A stretch of 62,486 nt of DNA, counting the filler, from a bacterium (GTDB taxonomy: Bacteria; JBDRGX01), in assembly GCA_043817485.1 (NCBI GenBank). It is 8 parts of 8 records of this genome, joined end to end, with 100 filler letters (N's around TTAATTAATTAA, not from the genome) between each part and the next. Parts side by side here need not be neighbours in the genome. Positions count along the whole stretch, not along the records: positions 21,582 to 45,354 come from JBDRGX010000117.1; 7 more parts are not named here. The stretch is one strand, 5' to 3'. Under the pieces are notes generated by a model. The model ran no database searches, was not told the DNA's origin, and saw only the letters and a list, made by a program, of their open reading frames with translations. Shown one piece after another: positions 29,610 through 41,676 of the stretch (position 1 is its first letter; each line of letters opens with the position of its first letter). The position numbers were made by a program, and so were the translations under genes.

Positions 29610-32600
29610 TTATAAATATTTTCTCAACACCTCTTCTTTTTCAGAATTAATATTTATCAAAATATTTTTCATTTTTTCAATTTCTTTTTCGTTTTTCTCA
29701 ATAATTGCAACAAGTTTTTTCTGCTCGGCGATTTGAGGTAACGGGATTTCATAATTTGAATATTGTTGAGCATTAATATTAGGTTGTGCAACGCCTGCCA
29801 TATTTAATTTAATCCATTCTTTATAAATATCGCTTTTAGTAACAATATCCAAATATTTGGGTAAACAAACTGTTCTATCAGGTCTGAACCTAATAAGATA
29901 ACCTGCATAAATAGCTTTCTCAACCTGACCTGTAAAGAAAAATGTTTTTCCCACCGTATTGCCAGATCTTGCAAAAAGAAAATCACCAATTTCTAAAATG
30001 AATTTTTCTTCAATATTTTCAGCCGTCATAAATTCATTTAACAAATTTCCATCATCGTCAATATCGGTTATTCTAATATAACGATAATCAGTATCTGGGT
30101 TCCCTTTAATTGCTTTTTCAGCAGCCCCATATTGAGGTTCTAAACAAAATGACCCAAGTTTTTTCTTTAAATATTTTGAATATAAGCTATCAGATATTGA
30201 AACAATATCTCGTTTCAATTCATTTATTCTTGAATTGCAATCCGTTTCCCTCTTTTCAATTGATTCAATTTCTTTTACAATAGTTTCTTGAATGTCGATA
30301 GGTGGAAGTGGAATTTTAAAGTTACTAATTTCTGTTTTTGAAATTTCATCGTATGTAGCACCAGAAGATAACGACTGAATATTTTTTGTGCATTTCTTTA
30401 GTATATAATACAGATATTCAAAATGAATTTTCTTTGGATCGCAAATGAAATTTTTATAGCCTTGATTTGTAGCTGTTTCAACTTTTGAAATTGTTACTTC
30501 TCCAATTGTTGCTCTACTTGAAAATATGACTGTATTAACTGGCAGTAATTTAGCACTGCTACTTTTCAAGCCTTGTTCTGTTATTTTTCGTTGAGTTGAA
30601 TACAAATACTTTTCCTTGGTATCAACCAATGTTGCCCAGTAAATATTACCATCCCAATTCTTTTTATCGTTTGTATCTGGTGTGCCACCACTTTGAATAT
30701 CGGCAATATCACCGAGTTTGACTAAATTCCATTTACTTTCAATTTTAATTTTTTTTGAAGAATTTGTGTTTATTATCTTTTCGAAACTAATTCTTTCAAA
30801 ATCAATCAAATCAACTATATTAAAAACTGAAACATATTTTTCCTGTTCGGGCGAAATATTTTCAATTTCAACATTTTGAATTGCTTTTCGAATGTAACTG
30901 TTAGCTTTTTCAGGATTCTGATAATTAGTATCATCAAACATCTTACCGCCAACTAAGTTTATTTTTATGCCTTCGTATCCCTTTCTACCAATAAACTCGT
31001 AACCCAAATATTCCTTTTGTTCATCAATTTCTTTTCCAGTTTTTACGATTACTGTTTTTTGAAATTTATAATAATCTTCTATTGTCTCTATATTTTTATT
31101 TCCATCTCCTAAACAAAGCATAAAATACAGGAATTTTTCTTTTTCAATGTCTTTGCAATATTCGTAAAATCGCTTATTTATCTCTTTTTCTTTTTCCTCT
31201 TTTAAAAAATTTTTAAAGTAATTTTTTGTTTGTAATTGTTTTATTTCAGTGCTATTATCAAATGCATTACGATATTCTTTAAACATTTCCGTTTTTGATA
31301 ATCTATCGTTTATTTCTAATTTCAGAAATTGTTTATAATCATCCAAAACAAAACCACGATGCTCAACAAACATTTTTAAAAATTTTTTATCATCAATATA
31401 TCTAAAATTTATTTCATATTTAATATTATTAAACAAATCATCAACAATATATTTACGGTCTTTTAAAAAGTCATCATCTCTGCGTTTTAGAAATAATATA
31501 ACCGTTGTAGTTCCTGTGGCAATAAATGTTTTACTTCCTAATTCGGTAATTGCTTTTATTTCGAAATACTTTAATAAAATTTCTCTTGCTTTTGAATAAA
31601 GCCCTGTGTTGCTTAATATCGATGAAGGTAAAATAATTCCTGCTAAACCTCCATCGGCTAAAACTTGTTTGGTTCGTTCGATAAATAATACTTCAATTTC
31701 TTTGCTTCTTTCGGTTAACGATTCGAATAAATCAAAATGAGTTCTTCCAACATTCAAATAATTTCTGAATGCTTCAACAGAATATGGCGGATTTGCTATA
31801 ACAACATCAAATTTTTTATTTTCTAATTTCAATCTGTCGTGTTCTTCCAAACCATCACCAAAAAGTATATTTGCTTCACCATCACCATTAATGTAACAAG
31901 CAATTTGCGATGTTCTGGCAAGGCGATAATCCTTTTCTATTCCAAAAATAAAATTTTCTGCCCATTCAGTACCTGCTCGGTATTTCTTAACTTTTCTTTT
32001 TAATTCCAAAGATAATTCTGATGTATCAATGGTTTTTAAAATTTGTTGAAGTTCTTCAATACTTTCAGTTAAAAAATGTCCAGCACCACAGGCATAATCA
32101 AGTATTTTAGGTAAAAATTCAATATCATCCTCTTTGATTTTTTTACTGATAATATTTTCAAAACCAAGCGATAAAATAATGTATCTTACAATTGGAATAG
32201 GTGTGAAGAATTGTCCTTCGGATTGCTTAACCCCATGATTAAGCATTAATTCAAAAAAGTCGCCTAAAATCTGCTGTTTACTTGTAAAACGGAATTTATA
32301 ATTTTGAATGAGTTTCATCACTTCAACTAATACACGAGCATTTTGAATAAATAATTTTTTATTGTGAACTTCTTTAAATGCAAATTCATTGTTGGTATAA
32401 TATTTTAATTCCATAAAAATATCTTTAACTTTTTCAATCGGAATTTGCTTTGGATATAACTTAATAATTTTATGTATATCTTCTTCTGAGTAATAAATAA
32501 TTTCTTCATTCAGTTTTTTCATTCCTATTTGATATAGTGCTTGTAAACGGTCAATGATGTGTTCGTATTCTTCATCTTCTTTTACCTGAAAATGCAAAAC

Positions 32601-33495
32601 ATCTTCATCGTTTTTTTCTTCATCTACTATTTTACAAAGAAATAATGAAAGCACCCGATTAAATGCGTTAGCATTATCTGAGATATTATTATGTCTTAAA
32701 ATCTCTGCAAATTTGTTAAACAAACCTTTTGCATCATCAAGGTTTTTAAGATTCTTCTTTTTCAAAGATTTTAATTCAAGCGAATAAGCATTTGCGTCAG
32801 TATCAAAATTTCCATTGAAATGGAAATATTTATTAAACGATTCTTTCCAAACCTCAAATAACTCTTGTTTATTATTAGCCCATTTATACAGTTTAATATT
32901 TTCTTGTTTTAATTGCTCTGGTTTTTTGTCTATGTCTTCTTTTCTATCCTTTATTTGTACAATTAGATTGTTATAATTAAATTCATCATTTTCAAATTTC
33001 GAAGTATATAAAACAAGAAACTGGGTGTTTTTATCTTGATTAAGATAACTAAAAAGCTGTCCTCCGTGTTCCTCCATTTTAATTTTTTCTTTCTCAAATT
33101 CCTCACCCCATGTTTTGCATTCAATTATCAGAAGTGTTTTACCATCTTTGCCATAAACATTAATATCAGATTTTCCTCCACTTGCACCATGCCCGACTTT
33201 CCATTTTTTTTTCAAGATGCAAATCGTTTGGGGCATAACCCTTTTCAAGTAATCTGTCCACACATTCAAGAACTACAAGGCTTTCAGGTGCTGAAAAATT
33301 AGATGTAGTATAGTCACCTAATTGTATTTGCCCATCTTTCTGTCTTTCTACAGTTGTTTTTTCATCACTACGATAAGATATTTTTCCCTTTTCTAAATCA
33401 ATTTTTATGGTGTAATTATGGAGTTTGTATTCCTTAGTGTAAACGGAAAGATTACCTGTAAATCCCAATTTTTCTATAAAAGTTTGTATATTCAT
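29610..33495 (-). CDS. Fused restriction-modification enzyme (HsdR_N-like nuclease + N6-adenine MTase + two HsdS-type TRDs; type IIG/type I-like), frameshifted in an A9 run at 33204-33212
   Basis: KSDINV...IIECK nuclease motif, GQFFTP, DYACGAGHF, NPPY, SGGTP/SSRATIG/IPLPP TRDs. The upstream 109-aa ORF joins at HLEKK|WKVG. Confidence 0.88.
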
Positions 33496-33571
33496 AAAAT
33501 TATTTTCCTTAAAATAAGTAAACTTGTTGTCATAGTCACCTTTATTAAAAGTATATCGCTATATTGTTTTA

Positions 33572-33729
33572 TTCCAAGTCTCATTTAAACGCTAACTATG
33601 TTATTTGTCGTTGACTTCTTATGTCCTCCGCTGGCAGGGTGTGTCCGTCACAAGGACAGGGGTGGAATTTTTTAATACATTCTTTCGTCGCCTTTTATCC
33701 GTTTTATTATCCTTTATTCAACTTGAGTA
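33572..33729 (+). mobile_element. MITE (CCAAGT family) carrying a family B REP
   Basis: CCAAGTCTCATTTAAACGCTAA...CTTCTTATGTCCTCCGCTGGC...GGGGTGGAATT...TTCAACTTGAGTA. Confidence 0.65.
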
Positions 33730-33745
33730 TAATAATAATCATTTA

Positions 33746-34435
33746 TTATTCTCTAATAACATTTGGTTTATATATTTCTTTTCTTTTTCTTTTAACTTCT
33801 ATTTTTTCGATTACATCTCTTTGTACAATACTATCTACTACTTCTATTCCTTTTATAACTTTTCCAAAAATTGCATATTGTCCATCTAAATGAGGAGTAT
33901 TAGCAAGACAAATAAAAAATTGACTTCCAGCTGTATCTGGTTGAGGTTTTCTTGCCATAGAAAGATACCCCTTTAAATGTTTTTGTTTATTATTTACTTC
34001 AAGTTTAATGCAATAACCAGGACCACCAATACCTGTTCCTAAAGGACATCCTGCTTGAATTACAAAATTTGGGACTACACGATGAAAAATTAATCCATCA
34101 TAAAATTTCTTTTCAATTAAACTAATAAAATTAGATACTGTATTAGGAGCATCTGTTTCAAATAATTCTATAAATATTTCTCCTTTTTTGGTTTTAATTA
34201 AAACTAAAGGATTTTGTTTTGAATCAATTATACATTTAGTTTCTGTATCTGTCAAATTTTCAATTTCTTGTTTTTCTATTTTTGTTTCTTTATTGCTATT
34301 CATTACTTTTTCCTGAATTTTATTTATTTCTTCACATTTTTTTTCTTCAGATATTGCATTATAAGGAAAAAAACCACAAAAAAATAAAATTAAAAAATAA
34401 ATTGAAAAAAAATTTGTTTTTCGTTGAATAAACAT
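33746..34435 (-). CDS. Cyclophilin-type peptidyl-prolyl cis-trans isomerase, secreted
   Basis: FYDGLIFHRVVPNFVIQAG, SMAR, AGSQFFI, HLDGQYAIFG. Confidence 0.92.
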   Translation of the reverse strand: MFIQRKTNFFSIYFLILFFCGFFPYNAISEEKKCEEINKIQEKVMNSNKETKIEKQEIENLTDTETKCIIDSKQNPLVLIKTKKGEIFIELFETDAPNTVSNFISLIEKKFYDGLIFHRVVPNFVIQAGCPLGTGIGGPGYCIKLEVNNKQKHLKGYLSMARKPQPDTAGSQFFICLANTPHLDGQYAIFGKVIKGIEVVDSIVQRDVIEKIEVKRKRKEIYKPNVIRE

Positions 34436-34475
34436 ATTTTAAAAAAACCTCCTTATTTTTATAAAACTTTAATTT

Positions 34476-35725
34476 TTATGGATATATTCCTCTTATTAAA
34501 GTAGCTTCTGCTACTCTTCCAACAGCTAAAACATAAGCTGCTTTTCTCATATCAATTTTTTTTTCTTCTGCAATTGCAAATACTTCTTCAAAACTATGTA
34601 TCATAATATTTTTTAATTTATTATTTATTTCTAATTCTGTCCAAAAATAAGATTGAATATCTTGAATCCATTCAAAATAAGAAACTGTAACACCGCCAGC
34701 ATTTGCTAAAATATCTGGAACAACAAAAACACCTTTATTATGAAGAATTTTATCTGCTTCTGGAGTAGTTGGACCATTTGCTCCTTCAATAATTATTTTA
34801 GCTTTTATATTTGAAACATTTTTTTCCGTAATTTGATTTTCTATGGCTGCTGGACAAAGAATATCACAAGAAAGTCCTAAAAGATCTTCATTAGAAATTT
34901 TTTGAGAATTTTTATAATTCATAATAGATCCTGTTTGATTTCTATGTTTCAAAATATCATCTGGATCCAATCCATTTTCATTATAAATACCACCATGTAC
35001 ATCACTTACAGCAATAATTTTTGCCCCTATTTCATTCATTAAACTTGCATAATTATAACCAACATTTCCAAACCCTTGAACAACTACTTTTGCATCTTTT
35101 ATATTTAAACCCAAACGATTAACAGCTTCAATAGTTACAAATAAACAACCACGAGCAGTAGCTTTAACTCTTCCCAGGGAACCACCAATACTAATAGGTT
35201 TTCCAGTAACTATTTCAGGGATACAATAACCATTTTGCATACTATAGGTATCCATCATCCATGCCATTATTTGAGCATTTGTATTAACATCTGGTGCTGG
35301 AATATCTTTATCAGGACCAAGAATAATAGAAATTTCTGTAGTAAATCGTCTTGTTAATCTTTCTAATTCTCCCAAAGACATTTCTTCTGGATTACAAATA
35401 ACACCACCTTTTGCTCCACCATAAGGAATATTTACTACAGCACATTTCCAAGTCATCCACATAGCTAATGCCTTCATTTCATCTAAAGTAACATCTGGAT
35501 GATATCTAATACCACCCTTTCCAGGTCCTCTGTTTATATTATGTTGTACTCTATACCCCGTAAAATTTGTTAATTTTCCATTATCCATTTTTACTGGACA
35601 AGAAACAATAAGTTCTCTCTTTTAGGTTTTTTTAAAATTTCGTGAATACCTGGATCAAGATTCATTATTTTTGCAACTTCATCTAATTGTTGTAATGCTA
35701 TTTGATAAGAATTATTATTATCCAA
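34476..35725 (-). CDS. gdhA: Glu/Leu/Phe/Val dehydrogenase (glutamate dehydrogenase); 5' end offset by an extra AG near 35612-35622
   Basis: GPGKGGIRYHP, PYGGAKGG, PAPDVNT, QGFGNVG, ANAGGVTVSYFEW. TTG start at 35725 with GGAGGA RBS encodes ...QQLDEVAK..LDPGIHEILKKPK out of frame. Confidence 0.9.
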
Positions 35726-35930
35726 TTTATTCCTCCATTTTTTAGAATAACAATTTTTTTAAAAAAATCACTTTATTCTTAATCTGTCAAGTTTTTTTTA
35801 ATTGAAAGTATTGTATTTTTATATATTTTTGATTTTATAATACAAATATCTTGACAAAATGAGTATTATCAATAAATATTTTAAAAGATTTTTTAATATT
35901 TCTTTTAAAAGAATAAAGAAAGGAAATAAA

Positions 35931-36968
35931 ATGAAAGCAGCGATTTTAGAAAATATTGAATCTTTAAAAATAATTGATGTAAAAATTCCATATTGTGAAA
36001 AAAATGAAATTTTAATTAAAGTAAATGCTTGTGCTATTTGTGGAACTGATGTTAAAGTTTATCATCATGGACATAAACATATTGTTTTTCCTCGAATTAC
36101 TGGGCATGAAGTTTCTGGAGAAATTTTTGAAACAGGAATGTTGGTAAAAGATTTTAAAAAAGGTGATTCTGTAGCCATTGCTCCAGCATTGCCTTGTGGA
36201 GAATGTAGATATTGTCGTGAAGGAATGATGAGCATGTGTGATAATTTAACAGCCATAGGTTATCATTACGATGGTGGTTTTGCAGAATTTATGTTAGTTC
36301 CAGAAATAGCTATAAAAAGTGGTTGTGTAAATAAAATTCCAAAAAATATTTCTTTTGAAGAAGCTTGTTTAGCTGAACCTTTGGCTTGTGCAATAAATGG
36401 ACAAGAGCTTTCGGGAGTAAAATTAGGACATACTGTACTTATTATGGGAGCAGGTCCCTTAGGTTGTATTCATGCTCAATTAGCCCGAACAAAAGGAGCT
36501 ACTAAAATAATTATGGCTGATATTTCTAATGAAAGATTAGAAATGGCAAAAATTGCTCAAGCTGATTTTTACATAAATATAAGTCAGGAAAATTTAAAAC
36601 AAAAAATATATGAAATTACAAATGAAAGAGGTGCTGATGTAGTCATTGTTTCTTGTGCATCAAAAAAAGCTCAAGAACAATCATTAGAAGTAGTAGCTAA
36701 AAGAGGAAATATAAATTTTTTTGGAGGTCTTCCTAAAACTGATTCTATTATAAATTTTGATAGTAATTTACCTCATTATAAAGAATTTTATGTAGTAGGA
36801 ACACATGGATCTGCTCCACATCATAATAGATTAGCTTTAGATTTAATTAGTAGTAATTTAATAAAAGTAAAGGATTTAATTACTCATCAATTTCCAATAG
36901 AAAAATTAAAAGATGGTTTAGATATAGTAGAAAAAGGAAATGGATTAAAAGTAATTATTAAAAATTAA
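35931..36968 (+). CDS. Zinc-dependent (sugar-alcohol/L-iditol-type) dehydrogenase
   Basis: ICGTD, GHE, CGECRYC..C, GAGPLG; ATG 35931 after AGGA. Confidence 0.9.
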   Translation: MKAAILENIESLKIIDVKIPYCEKNEILIKVNACAICGTDVKVYHHGHKHIVFPRITGHEVSGEIFETGMLVKDFKKGDSVAIAPALPCGECRYCREGMMSMCDNLTAIGYHYDGGFAEFMLVPEIAIKSGCVNKIPKNISFEEACLAEPLACAINGQELSGVKLGHTVLIMGAGPLGCIHAQLARTKGATKIIMADISNERLEMAKIAQADFYINISQENLKQKIYEITNERGADVVIVSCASKKAQEQSLEVVAKRGNINFFGGLPKTDSIINFDSNLPHYKEFYVVGTHGSAPHHNRLALDLISSNLIKVKDLITHQFPIEKLKDGLDIVEKGNGLKVIIKN

Positions 36969-36983
36969 AATAAAGGAATTTTT

Positions 36984-37445
36984 TTGAAAATATTAGGATT
37001 GGATGTAGGAGATAAACGAATTGGAATTGCGATTACAGATGAATTAGGATTCATGGCACATAGTTTGAAAGTAATTGAAAGAAAAAATATGGCTGATGAT
37101 GTTTTACAAATTAAAGAATTGTTTAAAGATCATCAAATTGAAAAAATTGTTATTGGTCTACCTTTAAAACTTGATGGAAGTTCAAGTATTCAAACAGAAA
37201 AAGTAAAAGAGTTCATTAGTTATTTTGAAAAATCTTTTACTGTTCCTATTATTGCATGGGATGAAAGATTAACTACTAAACAAGCAGAAAGATATTTAAT
37301 ACAAATGGAAACAAAAAAAAAAAAACAAAAAGAAATAATTGATAAATTATCAGCTGCTTGTATTCTTCAATCTTATCTGGATACTTTGCCATCAAAAAAA
37401 AAATTTTATGAAGAAGAAGAAGGAGAACAAGATGCCAATTTTTGA
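36984..37445 (+). CDS. ruvX: YqgF/RuvX family nuclease
   Basis: LGLDVGDKRIGIA, VIGLP, WDERLTT, IDKLSA..ILQSYLD. Confidence 0.93.
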   Translation: MKILGLDVGDKRIGIAITDELGFMAHSLKVIERKNMADDVLQIKELFKDHQIEKIVIGLPLKLDGSSSIQTEKVKEFISYFEKSFTVPIIAWDERLTTKQAERYLIQMETKKKKQKEIIDKLSAACILQSYLDTLPSKKKFYEEEEGEQDANF

Positions 37446-37656
37446 ATATCAATGTAAAAAATGTCAATTTAAATTTGAAAAAATTCTTCTTTCCTCTAAT
37501 GAAAAAATAAATATATTTTGCCCTAAATGTAAAGATGAAAATATTACCAAATTATTTTCTATTTTTGGATTTAATTCTGCAAAAAATTTTACAAGTTCAT
37601 CCTCTTCTGGATGTAATACTTGTGCTACTAAAAAATGTAGTAGTTGTAAAACATAA
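37432..37656 (+). CDS. FmdB-family zinc ribbon protein
   Basis: MPIFEYQCKKC...CPKC plus C-terminal Cys cluster; AGGAG RBS. Confidence 0.9.
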   Translation: MPIFEYQCKKCQFKFEKILLSSNEKINIFCPKCKDENITKLFSIFGFNSAKNFTSSSSSGCNTCATKKCSSCKT

Positions 37657-37736
37657 TTGACAATTTTAACTTTTTATTTTCAAAATAATAATTCTGTTTT
37701 TGCATTATACATTTCTTAATAATAATGGAAATATCA

Positions 37737-38747
37737 ATGAAAATTTTAGGGATAGAAACTTCTTGCGATGAAACTGGTTGTAGTATTGTTGAAGATGGAA
37801 AACAAATTTTAGCTAATGTTTTATTTTCTCAAGTTTGTTTTCATGAAAAATTTGGAGGAGTAGTTCCAGAAATTGCTTCAAGAAAGCATTTAGAAGTTAT
37901 TAATACTTTGATAGATGATGTTTTTGAAAAGGCAAAAATAAAATTTAATGAAATTGATGCAATAGCAGTAACTCAAGGGCCAGGATTAGTAGGGGCTTTA
38001 TTAATTGGCATTACTACTGCAAAATGTTTTGCTTGGGTCTTAAAAAAACCTTTAATTGGCATAAATCATTTAGAAGCACATTTATTTTCTATTTTTTTAG
38101 AACAAGAAATATTTTTTCCTTTTATTGGATTAATAGTTTCAGGTGGACATACTTTATTAGTTTATGTAAAAGATTTTGATACCTATGAAATTTTAGCAAC
38201 TACAGTAGATGATGCTGCTGGAGAAGCTTATGATAAAGTAGCTAAATTATTAGAATTGGGCTATCCAGGTGGTCATATTGTAGAAAAATTTGCAAAAATT
38301 GGAAATTCTGATTTTGTAGTTTTTCCTCAATCAAAATTTAAAAATAAAAAATTAGCTTTTAGTTTTAGCGGACTTAAAACAGCAGTATCAACTTATATTT
38401 TAAAATGTAAAGAAAAAAAAATTAGTTTTAAAAAAGAAGATGTATGTGCAAGTTTTCAAAAATCTATAATAAATAGTTTGGTTAAAAATACAATTGAAAG
38501 TGCTTATAAATATGAAGTAAAAAATATAGTTCTTTCTGGAGGAGTTGCTTGCAATAAGGCTTTACAATTAGAAATGACAAAAGCAGCTTCTTTAGAAAAA
38601 ATAAAAGTATTTTATCCTTCAAATCATCTTTGTACTGATAATGGAGCAATGATTGCTTCTTTAGCTTATTATAAATTTAAAAAAAATAATTCTTTTTTAG
38701 ATTTTTTAGATATGAATGCTTTTCCAGATTGGGAATTAGGTGATTAA
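37737..38747 (+). CDS. tsaD: tRNA N6-threonylcarbamoyltransferase
   Basis: GIETSCDET, NHLEAH, VSGGHT, DDAAGEAYDK, CTDNGAMIA. Confidence 0.96.
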   Translation: MKILGIETSCDETGCSIVEDGKQILANVLFSQVCFHEKFGGVVPEIASRKHLEVINTLIDDVFEKAKIKFNEIDAIAVTQGPGLVGALLIGITTAKCFAWVLKKPLIGINHLEAHLFSIFLEQEIFFPFIGLIVSGGHTLLVYVKDFDTYEILATTVDDAAGEAYDKVAKLLELGYPGGHIVEKFAKIGNSDFVVFPQSKFKNKKLAFSFSGLKTAVSTYILKCKEKKISFKKEDVCASFQKSIINSLVKNTIESAYKYEVKNIVLSGGVACNKALQLEMTKAASLEKIKVFYPSNHLCTDNGAMIASLAYYKFKKNNSFLDFLDMNAFPDWELGD

Positions 38748-38782
38748 AAAATACTTTTTACTTTAACATAGGAGATGATACA

Positions 38783-39607
38783 ATGACTTATTTAGAAAAA
38801 TTATTTGATTTAAAAAACAAAGTAATAGTCATTACTGGTGGAGCTGGTATTCTTTGTAAAGAAATGGCTAAAGCATTGGCTAAATTAGGAGCAAAAATAG
38901 CTGTTTTAGACCTTGCGGAAAAAGCAGCTAATGATGTAGCTCAAGAAATTATTGCTGAAAATGGTTGTGCTAAAGCTTTTAAAACAAATGTATTAGAAAA
39001 AAATAGTGTTAAACAAACCGCTGAAATGATAATTGAAGAATTTGGACAAATAGATATTTTAATAAATGGTGCTGGAGGAAATAAAAAAGAAGCTACTACA
39101 AGTGATACCCTGTCTTTTTTTGATTTACCATTAGATGCTATTAAATTTGTTTTTGAACTTAATGTCATTGGAACTTTATTACCATCTCAAGTATTTGGTG
39201 AATATATGAGCAAACAAAAACAAGGAATAATTTTAAACATTTCTTCAATGGCTGCTTTTAGACCTTTAACAAATGTTATTGGTTATGCTGGAGCAAAAGC
39301 AGCTGTAAGTAATTTTACTCAATGGTTAGCAATTCATATGGCTCAAAATTATTCTTCAAATATTAGAGTAAATGCTATTGCTCCTGGTTTTTTTGAAACT
39401 GACCAAAATCGTTATTTATTAAAAAAAGAAAATGGAGAATTAAGTTTAAGAGGTCAAAAAATTATTGATCATACTCCAATGAATAAATTTGGAGAACCAA
39501 AAGATTTAATTGGAGCCACAATCTGGCTTTTAAGTCCATCAGCTAAATTTGTTACTGGAACAATAATTCCAATAGATGGTGGTTTTTCTGCTTTTAGTGG
39601 AGTATAA
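38783..39607 (+). CDS. SDR oxidoreductase (D-mannonate oxidoreductase-like)
   Basis: TGGAGILC, INGAGGN, YAGAK, VNAIAPGFF, DGGFSAFSGV. Confidence 0.85.
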   Translation: MTYLEKLFDLKNKVIVITGGAGILCKEMAKALAKLGAKIAVLDLAEKAANDVAQEIIAENGCAKAFKTNVLEKNSVKQTAEMIIEEFGQIDILINGAGGNKKEATTSDTLSFFDLPLDAIKFVFELNVIGTLLPSQVFGEYMSKQKQGIILNISSMAAFRPLTNVIGYAGAKAAVSNFTQWLAIHMAQNYSSNIRVNAIAPGFFETDQNRYLLKKENGELSLRGQKIIDHTPMNKFGEPKDLIGATIWLLSPSAKFVTGTIIPIDGGFSAFSGV

Positions 39608-39960
39608 GAATTTTAGATTTTAGATTTTGAATTGAGGAATAAATATAATTTTACATCCTTATCAATCCATAATTTCATAATGATTTTAGATTTTGGATTA
39701 AAGTATAGAATAGCAATTTTAGATTGAGAATTGAAAAAATTAAATTCTTCAATACTCCTAATATCCCCCGCTGGCGGGGGTGTCCGTTAGGACAGGGGTG
39801 GAATTTTTAAATTCAAAACTTCATTCTGAATTCTGTATAAGAATTTTAGATTTGGATTGAAAATAGAATAGCAATTTTAAATTGAAAAAATTAATAAAAT
39901 ATAGAATTCAGATAATTTTTCCTTTATTCATAATTTTTAATTGAATCTGATTTCTAATTT
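39608..39960. repeat. Degenerate heptamer repeats (TTTAGAT) with an embedded family B REP (39764-39805)
   Basis: TTTTAGATTTTAGATTTTGAATTG units; GTATAAGAATTTTAGATTT and ATAGAATAGCAATTTTA each occur twice. Confidence 0.6.
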
Positions 39961-40047
39961 TTTATTTTACTTTAAAATGCAATGTGGCATTAATTATATT
40001 TTTAAAAAAATTGTTATTTACAAAAACATAAATTTGGAGGAATAATT

Positions 40048-41598
40048 TTGGAAATAAAATCTAAAGAATGGGTAGGTATTTTAGATTTTGGCTCTCAATA
40101 TACACAACTTATTGCTCGAAGAATAAGAGAAAATAATGTTTATTCTCAAATACTTCCTTTTAATATTTCTTCTAAAAAACTTTTAAAAATGAAGCCAAAA
40201 GCTCTTATTCTTTCTGGAGGCCCAGCCACAGTTACTAATAACAAAAGTCCTTTTCCAAATGCAGATATTTTTAATTTAAATATTCCTATTTTAGGAATTT
40301 GTTATGGTCTTCAAGTAATGGCAAAATTTTTTAAAGGAAATGTAAAAGCTTCTTTTTTTAGAGAATATGGATATGGAGAATTATCTATTACAAAAAAAAG
40401 TCCTTTATGGACAGATATAAATAATGATAAAATAACAGTTTGGTTAAGTCATGGAGATAGTGTTGATAAATTACCACCAGATTTTGAAATAATTGGAAAA
40501 ACACAAAATTCTATTTCTGCTATAGAACATAAAAAAAAGAAAATATATGGAGTTCAATTTCATCCAGAAGTAGTCCACACTTCTGATGGAAATCAAATTA
40601 TAAAAAATTTTCTTTTTGAAATAGCAAAATGTTCTCCTTCTTGGACAATGCAATCTTTTATAAAAACAGAAACAGAAAAAATAAAAAATTTAGTAAAAAA
40701 TGAAAAAGTAATTTGTGCTTTAAGTGGAGGTGTAGATTCTTCTGTTTTAGCTGTTTTATTACATAAAGCAATTGGATCTCAACTTACCTGTATTTTTGTT
40801 GATAATGGTCTTTTAAGATTAAATGAAGCAAAGGAAGTTGTAGAAACTTTTAAAAATAATTATCATATCAATTTAAAACATATTAAAGCAGAAAAAAGTT
40901 TTTTAACTCGTCTTGAAAATATCATAGATCCAGAAAAAAAAAGAAAAATAATTGGAAAAGAATTTATTCGAATTTTTGAACAAGAATCTAAAAAAATTGG
41001 AAATGTTCAATTTCTTGCACAAGGAACTTTATATCCAGATGTTATTGAAAGTCAATCTGCTTTAGGCGGTCCATCAATTACAATTAAAACACATCATAAT
41101 GTAGGTGGACTACCAAAAAAAATGAAACTAAAATTAATAGAGCCATTTAGAGAGCTTTTTAAAGATGAAGTGCGAGAAATAGGTAAAGAATTATTTTTAC
41201 CAGATAAAATAATTAAAAGACATCCTTTTCCAGGCCCAGGTTTAGCAATAAGAATTATAGGAAAAATAACAAAAAAAAGATTAAATATTTTAAAAGAAGT
41301 TGATAAAAGATATATTGATGCAATTAAGGAAACAAATCTTTACGATGAAATTTGGCAAGCATTTGCAGTACTTTTACCAATAAAAACTGTTGGTGTTATG
41401 GGCGATGAAAGAACTTATGAAAATGTAATTGCTTTACGAGCTGTTACAAGTAAAGATGGAATGACAGCCAATTGGTTTTATTTCCCAAATTCTGTTTTAG
41501 CTAAAATTTCTAATTGTATTATCAATGAAGTAAAAGGCGTAAATCGGGTAGTTTATGATATAAGCTCTAAACCACCAAGTACTATAGAATGGGAATAA
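40048..41598 (+). CDS. guaA: GMP synthase (glutamine-hydrolysing)
   Basis: [43 protein letters not shown]. Confidence 0.98.
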   Translation: MEIKSKEWVGILDFGSQYTQLIARRIRENNVYSQILPFNISSKKLLKMKPKALILSGGPATVTNNKSPFPNADIFNLNIPILGICYGLQVMAKFFKGNVKASFFREYGYGELSITKKSPLWTDINNDKITVWLSHGDSVDKLPPDFEIIGKTQNSISAIEHKKKKIYGVQFHPEVVHTSDGNQIIKNFLFEIAKCSPSWTMQSFIKTETEKIKNLVKNEKVICALSGGVDSSVLAVLLHKAIGSQLTCIFVDNGLLRLNEAKEVVETFKNNYHINLKHIKAEKSFLTRLENIIDPEKKRKIIGKEFIRIFEQESKKIGNVQFLAQGTLYPDVIESQSALGGPSITIKTHHNVGGLPKKMKLKLIEPFRELFKDEVREIGKELFLPDKIIKRHPFPGPGLAIRIIGKITKKRLNILKEVDKRYIDAIKETNLYDEIWQAFAVLLPIKTVGVMGDERTYENVIALRAVTSKDGMTANWFYFPNSVLAKISNCIINEVKGVNRVVYDISSKPPSTIEWE

Positions 41599-41676
41599 TT
41601 TTGTAAATACAATTTTTCTTTGTCAATTTTTTTACACATTAAAATGCAAAATTGACAAAAAAAGGAGATAATTATA

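Noticed and set aside
33605-33893. Two overlapping plus-strand ORFs
   Set aside because: Derived from the MITE and the antisense strand of the cyclophilin gene.
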